DNA from: a virus
Lineage: Duplodnaviria > Caudoviricetes
Virus record (IMG/VR): IMGVR_UViG_3300046103_001526
Coordinates: 1-32,125 of that record
DNA: 32,125 bases
Reading direction: 5' to 3' (one strand)
The position numbers were made by a program, and so were the translations under genes. Numbering within the stretch: position 1 is the stretch's first letter; each line of letters begins with the position of its first letter. Shown here one piece after another: positions 27,801 to 32,125 of the stretch. A model generated the notes under the pieces. It was not told the DNA's origin. It made no database searches and was given only the letters and a program-made list of their open reading frames with translations.

Positions 27801-29614
27801 CGCCAAGCACAAGCACCGAATCTAAAACATCTATAGGCAGAACTAAAGGAGCAAAAGCAATTGACTTTGATCCTGTTTCTACTGCTCTTAGAGGATTAAG
27901 AGCAACCGGTTTAGATTTCTTTTTAACTAATGAAATTCAAACATCTAGAAAAGCCTTTGGTCAATTAACAAAAATAAGTCAAGAAAATAATGCATCAGAG
28001 GATGTAATAGAAGCTACACAATCTTTAAGTAGAGTATACAATGAATCTATTGAGAATGTTCTTGCTAGTAATTTCAGTACAGATGTTATTGGTGGTAAGT
28101 ATTTTGATATGGCTAAAAGAGTTGGTTACTATAGTACGTTAGCATCTGTCCCTAGATCTGTTGCGGAATTAGGAAGTAACTTAACGTTTGGATTATTAGA
28201 TTCCCCACTTCAGTTAATGCAGGGGATGACTAAATACGGTAATCTATCATTAATGCAAAACGGATTATCATTTGCCGAAAACGTAGGTTCAACTACTGTT
28301 AGTAAAAATTGGGGTTCAGAAATACTAGGAGGTTCTAAGGCAGAACAAGGAGGAGTAGTCAGAAATAAAAAGCCTGCAAAGAGAGCATCAAACAGTAATC
28401 TTAAAAGCTCTCTTCAGTATGGTAAAAGAGCTACGGATACTTTTGGAAAAGGAGTTGAGTTATTAGCAGACACCTTATTAAGTACTCCTGATAAAATGAT
28501 TTCAAGACCTTTATTTTTTGGTACGTTTGCTAAAACATTCAAACAGGAAACTGGTCAAGACATGGATGTTGATAAGATATCAAATAATGACCAAGAGTAT
28601 ATGACTAAGTATGCTGATGCTATCAAGGCTGCTAAAATTGCTGCTGATAAGAAAGTGACTCAAGCTGCTACATCTAATGACCCATTTAGTGGGGTATTGA
28701 AAAATCAACTTTCAGATACAGATAATGGTTTCATGATATATTACAAAACAATAAACTCATACATGTCTAGATTCTCTATTAATGAATTTGCTACAGCAAG
28801 ACAAGCAGTAGCTTCTATGATTGGACAGGGAGAGGAAAGTGCTATTAAAGGTGGAGCAAAACTTGCAGGAGTTATGACACGAATGAGTCTGTATGTTGTA
28901 ATGTATAAGGCATTTGCTTCTATGTTTAATGGTATGTTAGGATTAGATGATGAAGACGAAACAGACTATAAAGAGTTAGGTATAAGACAATTAGCAGGGG
29001 CAGGTGTTTCTTTAATAACAAGAGGAGCTTCAGGTAACGTGCCTATGATTCCTATAAATTACGGTATAGAGTTATTAAATGAAGAGTATGGAGAACAGCT
29101 TGGGTTGTGGTCAGATAAAGATGGAAAAGGTTATAATTCTTTCAAGCATTCAATTATTTTTAGTGTAATAAACCAACAAAGTTTAGAGAGTAAAGGATTT
29201 TTTAAATCTGCTGCAAGTGTTTTAGCAGGGCCTCTTAGTCCTCAAGTAATGGCCGCAGGTCGAATAGCTGAATTATTAATTGCTATGAAGGCTGGAGGTA
29301 CTGCAGGAGATAAAGCAGCTAAGAAGTTCTTTTCAGAAAGAACTGCAATAGAAGCAGCAGGTATTGTAGGGGCAATGCCTTTTTACAAAGACCTTAGAAG
29401 ATATTTTATGGCTGAAGATTGGTCTAAGATAAAAGAAGCAAAAGCAGCAAATGAATCTGATAAAGGACTTACTTATGAAGAACTTAAAATTTTTAATCCA
29501 AGAGCCGCAGAGAAACTTAAGAGAGACAAAAAATCAGCCAATAAAAAATACAAATCTACAAGTGCATACCGAAAAGTAAAAGCAATGGAAGACAAACTAA
29601 AAAAGTTTAAATAG
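21866..29614 (+). CDS. giant putative ejection/DNA-transfer protein (2582 aa)
   Basis: Last gene of the virion operon; mostly helical with acidic linkers, Gly/Ala-rich hydrophobic segments and an EFVQENIQQ motif; no recognisable catalytic motif. Confidence 0.65.
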   Translation: MDKLKALYESYIEKGLLSSETTFEQFSSASSDIQDGLYNQGVENKIISSSTDVNTFKSAWAEKKNPIVTPSDGEEVLTESTTETEVQDGVSDSLEVNEVVEEGVINESQLNFGDQTGPIVEEKEEVLIPDAPNRKGVLENKDGSVSTHKMRTETDGQGNWFSFPTIFQNEDGSFVDMSEQAEQDWESVYKEAKKRGEVVDFLKDKESAIAYGEGSWKERYNSKKNLLKKDFELLLEKVNNPNREKAPDINTGGGITMGMSMPGVVLDLDVDEELRLKIESDPNIQKALSVGYIKKSDVTKALKGDVKSIEKLQELSVKSIEDNTLKLQSDELKPYDVYSETQNYIETKEEKAIKQNAVNAVNAFDTETKTLLDSNPNATEEEIQSIFNREGAPTEEQYEIAENSDYQQTGFEDEDLGRMYNQESLKKLSDKNDKFSIAGFNGYLNKKGFKERYNQLLEDETIAEDGTSYDYTGNYNPTLAAEKLKYDYLKNYLAEADMQRIEKEVLDYKIANNGKNPFLHGDTDKINLKPSVSTEDLGEYMGEEFKSLAAVVKKQKLETKENYQTEIEGGSGGSNSQWIFDMGSQGGRSIDNRANSFAEGAYGWVGMDSFSDEIQMNQAETELNRDDMLRYTYASGRSAFANGREYLIDDRGEIYDLDLKIRVSSVLEPEQIKEIKKQVQINGVKTSSFSGTGAAVTTAGVASDMLLQIALTRGVGMAGQTIKGIAAASKYKQGRSIISLLEKVPMKASTASAMIAQGTLMGTSLSSDVRKQALAAGMSNEEANELASSAGMQGYALGVITAPISTQKIAMDKIFGTKVKEKLIQKTIDTYARGAGIEASKNIFKKGLDGIIRTVPVYFKEGAKEFVQENIQQAGQAYVIGSDINEQAGQEIMKDTISMDDFMNTSIISLTAGMLMPFAGDVQTGAVRAYKMRGKGFQAVDQMKSLALMANDSDKTKQLLDSQVKKGVYTQEQVDNVMADVDIYRSTINGMPPNLSAETSLLVMSDLAEIKKLEAQKASQAPSFAYRNDAKIQQLKNRIIKNSNFDFVDNKSKQKLMDEAAKELVAEKESSGEKNYSIDNSQIRAKAVENFNKLSPEEMQAIAFPDQIKETETKTDKDAIQEPSTEEQVLPNEETSGVDGAITEVGLQQVGEGVVESDTTQEVETENVQETTDKASDTTTETDTEQLADTPQVFGDNPLTSIEVSENYNDIGKQRRDKLRVIAQMELNNEITTEEQLDLREESFRNMKKATESFKSKTKTTQTDTTSETEVMSVNKDNKIESFANRLVDGESTQEFGDEAQQFYAENQSDIDELVTQKRKDVPKNESKTRRLATKIANGDTNFSNEQIDLYASNEADVKAEVESISKTNSQTVTEDTYKSILKSVKSTTRTDKAKQEGENAQRKRFWKSWNKSARLAKKDLKTKRKELNDQIKTYAKGKKGTITAAQTRAVVNKVNSVNLDNELAVQELIDYSEKVFNNADFAVKEQLAIKLNKQVTTRLNKGNYGLSPDIVSRLTTILNTPIKQLTSENIDSYNDFLSNLKKQKENVRVDEQLVIDSQNMADALYVEGNQYVDEEVETKKTKTLKSVVDKIINEDVDGETLISEDSKFIENDLDKLDSFTLQTLIDKINNAETDENQELVQAANDFAENRQKALTRIKSRSKGISLKSLDNTTKEAGDVDVFKNIKDSDLIGLTGKQLDLLEITLENINDGHYTHAANKLGQSVNSRAYNMRPMIAKYGKLKNKIGMFRGRAAASLKSTLKGSKSTPSLEIARSNPLSVIDNAFGNFDNNTIRNNSFEPTATKYSAFKTFTGRLTDKLDAVEKIIAPTLKEGTNPAITRRFEITTYLLAKEYESNKGNDGVAEANAFIDKTIEKFNDVNSDSNYTQADIDILLAIKKKYSDNGVITSKKMDESLSPKVKKAIKLLEEVYGALGDKQAYATSIVRGNKLDLLNNYVHHKVDAANDKDDSQLLAQKTYFAPSTSTESKTSIGRTKGAKAIDFDPVSTALRGLRATGLDFFLTNEIQTSRKAFGQLTKISQENNASEDVIEATQSLSRVYNESIENVLASNFSTDVIGGKYFDMAKRVGYYSTLASVPRSVAELGSNLTFGLLDSPLQLMQGMTKYGNLSLMQNGLSFAENVGSTTVSKNWGSEILGGSKAEQGGVVRNKKPAKRASNSNLKSSLQYGKRATDTFGKGVELLADTLLSTPDKMISRPLFFGTFAKTFKQETGQDMDVDKISNNDQEYMTKYADAIKAAKIAADKKVTQAATSNDPFSGVLKNQLSDTDNGFMIYYKTINSYMSRFSINEFATARQAVASMIGQGEESAIKGGAKLAGVMTRMSLYVVMYKAFASMFNGMLGLDDEDETDYKELGIRQLAGAGVSLITRGASGNVPMIPINYGIELLNEEYGEQLGLWSDKDGKGYNSFKHSIIFSVINQQSLESKGFFKSAASVLAGPLSPQVMAAGRIAELLIAMKAGGTAGDKAAKKFFSERTAIEAAGIVGAMPFYKDLRRYFMAEDWSKIKEAKAANESDKGLTYEELKIFNPRAAEKLKRDKKSANKKYKSTSAYRKVKAMEDKLKKFK
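22050..22167 (+). other. candidate slippage site (A10) and -1 frame extension of 35 aa
   Basis: A10 at 22050-22059. The -1 frame is closed by TGA at 22048-22050, then reads KKK-SNRYSFRWGRGSYGIYYRNRSTRWCFGFFRSKRSS to TGA at 22165-22167. Confidence 0.5.
25218..25427 (+). CDS. nested +1-frame small basic protein (MPFKSQAQR...) overlapping the giant gene
   Basis: ATG with A-rich leader; N-terminus and KWEKE..LPKR resemble a small phage protein family as I recall it; host-frame third positions become GC-rich across this interval. Confidence 0.6.
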   Translation: MPFKSQAQRSKCYQMKKQAESMGQSPKWDCNKWEKESLSQTLPKRLKPRTYKKLPTKLATRLRRQILNS

Positions 29615-29622
29615 ATTATTTT

Positions 29623-30654
29623 TTAAAATATATGAGTTAATCTTGCTACTTGTCCATGGTCTTTTGAATGTATGAAACCCTCTACAGCTTTGATACCTCC
29701 AACACCATATCCTTTTCTATGATGCCAAGAGTCAGAGCCACTTGGAGATCTTAATGATTCAACTGTAATTCCATGGTAGTCTTTACTAGACTTGTGGTGT
29801 ATATGGTGTGTATAGACATAACGATGTTTTGTTTCTGCCCACCAATGAGAAAACTCATTAGCCATAATTAAAGGAAGGTCAGCTAACTTAGCTCCATCTC
29901 CATGAGTAGTACCTATAAGGTTGTTACCGTATTTAAATCCTTTTCTATGTGCTATTGAGCAATCAAAAGTAATATTCTTACTCTTTCTAAACCATGACTG
30001 TATTGAGTCTGATAACATAAATCCAGAAATGTAATCGTGATTACTTGGATTGTATACAAAATGAACATCAGCTACAGCTAATAATGTCTCTATAACGTCT
30101 ATGTATAATTGTTTTGCTGTAAGGAAATTTTCATACCACATACCATCAGTATCTTGAGGTGTTCCTGCAGTAGTTTTTCTATGAGGTTCATCTATATGAA
30201 GTATGTCATTACCTCCAACAAATAATATCTTATCAATATTAAACCCATTAGATTTCTGAATTATTCCATTGACCCCTTCTTTAACTCTTTTAACAGCTAT
30301 CTGAGAATTATAATCTTCTCCTGTTTCAAATGATGAAGCTAATTTACCAATATGTATATCAGCAGGATCAACTACTAACAAATGAGATTCACTCTTCTTA
30401 GTTCTTTTTATTTTTGGATATGAAGGCGAGTGTTTATCCATCGCCTTAATCATATCCTCCCGAACAGTATCTAATGAAATTCCTTTATTTTTTACATGCA
30501 AAGAAAAACTTTTACCCTTATACCAATAATGATTAACTGAATTCATTGGTATGCCACTAACTTCGCATTCAACTTGCAAAGCTCTGTGTTGTGTAATTAT
30601 TTCATTTTCTTCCTCTGATAATCTTGGTCTATACTGGTCTTTTTTATAGCTCAT
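29623..30654 (-). CDS. calcineurin-like metallophosphoesterase
   Basis: Motifs in order: DIH(IGK), GNDILH, SNHD, THGD, HHIHH. Confidence 0.85.
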   Translation of the reverse strand: MSYKKDQYRPRLSEEENEIITQHRALQVECEVSGIPMNSVNHYWYKGKSFSLHVKNKGISLDTVREDMIKAMDKHSPSYPKIKRTKKSESHLLVVDPADIHIGKLASSFETGEDYNSQIAVKRVKEGVNGIIQKSNGFNIDKILFVGGNDILHIDEPHRKTTAGTPQDTDGMWYENFLTAKQLYIDVIETLLAVADVHFVYNPSNHDYISGFMLSDSIQSWFRKSKNITFDCSIAHRKGFKYGNNLIGTTHGDGAKLADLPLIMANEFSHWWAETKHRYVYTHHIHHKSSKDYHGITVESLRSPSGSDSWHHRKGYGVGGIKAVEGFIHSKDHGQVARLTHIF

Positions 30655-30832
30655 CTTCTGATAGTTTTTGTGTTTCTTTTAAAGTTGATTGAAGTTCTTT
30701 GATATTTTCCTGAAGAGAAATATAATCTTCATCCATTAAAGATTCATACATATCGTCAGTAAGTGAGTTTATTTTATTCATTAAATGATTAATGAAATTA
30801 ATAGAATTGTAATCTGTTTTCTTGATAGCCAT
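30644..30832 (-). CDS. small acidic helical hypothetical protein (62 aa)
   Basis: Overlaps the start of the phosphoesterase gene by 11 nt; preceded by a promoter-like sequence. Confidence 0.7.
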   Translation of the reverse strand: MAIKKTDYNSINFINHLMNKINSLTDDMYESLMDEDYISLQENIKELQSTLKETQKLSEDEL

Positions 30833-30846
30833 AACTTATTGTTTGT

Positions 30847-30876
30847 TAAATATATAAAAAAAGAATAATAAAACAA
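30847..30876 (-). promoter_or_regulatory. putative promoter TTG-N19-TATATTTA
   Basis: Minus strand: TTG (30876-30874), 19-nt spacer, TATATTTA (30854-30847); one mismatch to the Flavobacterium TTG-N19-TAnnTTTG consensus. Confidence 0.5.
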
Positions 30877-30906
30877 CAAAAAGTTATTAACTATGTACGA
30901 ATTATT

Positions 30907-31287
30907 TTAATTATTATTGTAAGAATCTTGTTGTTTCTCACGTAATTCTATTGTTAACAACTCCTTTTCTAAATGCATTATCTCTTTTCTTATACGGTCA
31001 GCCCTTCCTCCAGACAATAAATCTAGGCATCTATTGTAGTTGTGTCTAAATTCCTTATCTACTTCTAATAAGTCTTGAGCACTCTTATATCCAAATATTA
31101 TAGTTGCATGGTCATTATTAAATACCCTTGCTATTCTTTGATAAGTGTAACTATATATATCTCTAAAAACTGTATAAGCTAATCTTCTGGCATCAACAAC
31201 ATCTCTTTTCCTACCTTTCTCAGTAATGTGAGATACTTTTAAAATTGTTTCAATGGTCTCTATAACTAATTGTTCTTGTTTATTCAT
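30907..31287 (-). CDS. stand-alone DnaA C-terminal (domain IV) helix-turn-helix protein
   Basis: GRKRDVVDARRLAY...YTYQRIARVFNNDHATIIFG parallels DnaA domain IV (R.R....ARQIAMY...S...IG..F..RDHTTV.HA); coiled-coil C-terminus. Confidence 0.75.
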   Translation of the reverse strand: MNKQEQLVIETIETILKVSHITEKGRKRDVVDARRLAYTVFRDIYSYTYQRIARVFNNDHATIIFGYKSAQDLLEVDKEFRHNYNRCLDLLSGGRADRIRKEIMHLEKELLTIELREKQQDSYNNN

Positions 31288-31296
31288 AATTGTTTT

Positions 31297-31404
31297 TTAT
31301 TTAAATTTTAATGCTGCGTTTATTAAAAGTGAAATCATAGAAAAGATAACAATACCTATTAAAATAAATTGTAATATCTCTAATGTTTTTTTTGTGTTTC
31401 TCAT
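31297..31404 (-). CDS. 35-aa single-transmembrane peptide (below ORF-track cutoff)
   Basis: MRNTKKTLEILQFILIGIVIFSMISLLINAALKFK*; A-rich leader; ends 9 nt before the next ATG. Confidence 0.55.
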   Translation of the reverse strand: MRNTKKTLEILQFILIGIVIFSMISLLINAALKFK

Positions 31405-31418
31405 AATTTGTTTGTATT

Positions 31419-31485
31419 AAAAAAGTGATGCAGCCATACTCTTGTTCACTAGCGACAGTTAATATAAAAGTCAGCTGCACCTACT
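31419..31485 (-). other. structured intergenic element/terminator-like
   Basis: Minus strand AGT(A)GGTGCAGC pairs with GCTGCATCACT, enclosing about 38 nt, followed by a T run. Confidence 0.5.
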
Positions 31486-31800
31486 TTATTTTATATATTG
31501 ATTAAGGTTAATGAAATCTAAATAGTTATCTAGTTCTATCTTATGGATATCTATAAGTATTACAGGAGAATCCTCTGATTCTTTAAAATATTCTAATAAA
31601 AAGAAAACTGGATTGTTATCTTTATCATTAACATTACCTGCTATAAATTCAATTTCACCATCAGTAGTTTCTACTTTAGGCATACTATCTATTTTATGAC
31701 CTATGATATTTGGTAAATCACCTTTGAATTCTCTTATTTGTTTTAAGAACCATTCATCTAATTCAAAATCATCCTCTGTATATTTCTGTTTCAAGTCCAT
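31486..31800 (-). CDS. acidic hypothetical protein (104 aa)
   Basis: ORF overlapping the 3' end of the VRR-NUC gene. Confidence 0.7.
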   Translation of the reverse strand: MDLKQKYTEDDFELDEWFLKQIREFKGDLPNIIGHKIDSMPKVETTDGEIEFIAGNVNDKDNNPVFFLLEYFKESEDSPVILIDIHKIELDNYLDFINLNQYIK

Positions 31801-32008
31801 GTTTTTTTAATTCTTTTAATCTATACTCTTGTAAGGTAGACACCCTACCTTTTGGTGTTTTTACTTCTGAGAAAATTACTCCACAATTAGGAGGTATAGC
31901 TACTATATCAGGTATTCCATTCTTATTGGTTTTAATAAGCTTGATAACATAATAGCCTTCTGCTTCTAATTGGTCAATTCTTTTCTTCTGTATCTGTTGC
32001 TCTGTCAT
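31769..32008 (-). CDS. VRR-NUC domain (PD-(D/E)XK) nuclease
   Basis: MTEQQIQ...GIPDI...FSEVKTPKGRVSTLQ..RLKEL...G, the typical phage VRR-NUC pattern. Confidence 0.88.
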   Translation of the reverse strand: MTEQQIQKKRIDQLEAEGYYVIKLIKTNKNGIPDIVAIPPNCGVIFSEVKTPKGRVSTLQEYRLKELKKHGLETEIYRG

Positions 32009-32125
32009 TCCATAAGTTATTTTCTGTTAAATATGCTGGATTCATCATTGGAATCCACATATCATACGGCTTTCCGAATATCCAATTCGTTTGACGATAC
32101 TCTCCTAATGTTTCTTTAATCATTA
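31974..32125 (-). CDS. hypothetical ORF, possibly 5' truncated
   Basis: Open frame MIKETLGEYRQTNWIFGKPYDMWIPMMNPAYLTENNLWNDRATDTEEKN* from 32123 to TGA at 31976-31974; may start outside the window. Confidence 0.45.
   Translation of the reverse strand, partial: MIKETLGEYRQTNWIFGKPYDMWIPMMNPAYLTENNLWNDRATDTEEKN

Noticed and set aside
22664-27874. Giant protein as a crAss-type virion RNA polymerase (DLDVD at 22664-22678, DFDP at 27863-27874)
   Set aside because: Neither matches the catalytic DFDID/DxDGD motif in a suitable context; DLDVD lies in a linker and no polymerase-like blocks are recognisable.
29612-29625. Bidirectional terminator between the convergent modules
   Set aside because: The gap is only 8 nt and has no hairpin.
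1-32125. Stop-codon reassignment as in some crAss-like phages
   Set aside because: Genes are long and densely packed in the standard code; TAG (11253, 12180, 18515, 29614) and TGA (639) act as normal stops.

Overview
AT-rich (roughly 30% GC by eye) segment of a podovirus-type tailed phage of Bacteroidota, probably Flavobacteriia, with a crAss/Cellulophaga-phage-like virion module. On the + strand (1-29614): end of a tail-fibre-like gene, small ORFs, tandem GroES-like co-chaperonin, small and large terminase, portal, an inserted repeat-containing structural gene, scaffold, major capsid protein, ring/adaptor proteins, an apparently split muzzle (tail stabilization) protein, a GNAT-like protein and three putative ejection proteins, the last of 2582 aa. 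On the - strand (29623-32125): metallophosphoesterase, stand-alone DnaA domain IV protein, VRR-NUC nuclease and small ORFs. The most striking observation is that the giant ejection gene appears to hide two small basic proteins in alternative frames, each under an acidic low-complexity linker. One is a 35-aa Arg/aromatic tail reachable by -1 slippage at an A10 run (22050-22167). The other is a nested +1-frame 69-aa 'MPFKSQAQR' gene (25218-25427). All functional calls come from motif recognition and synteny; no database searches were run.
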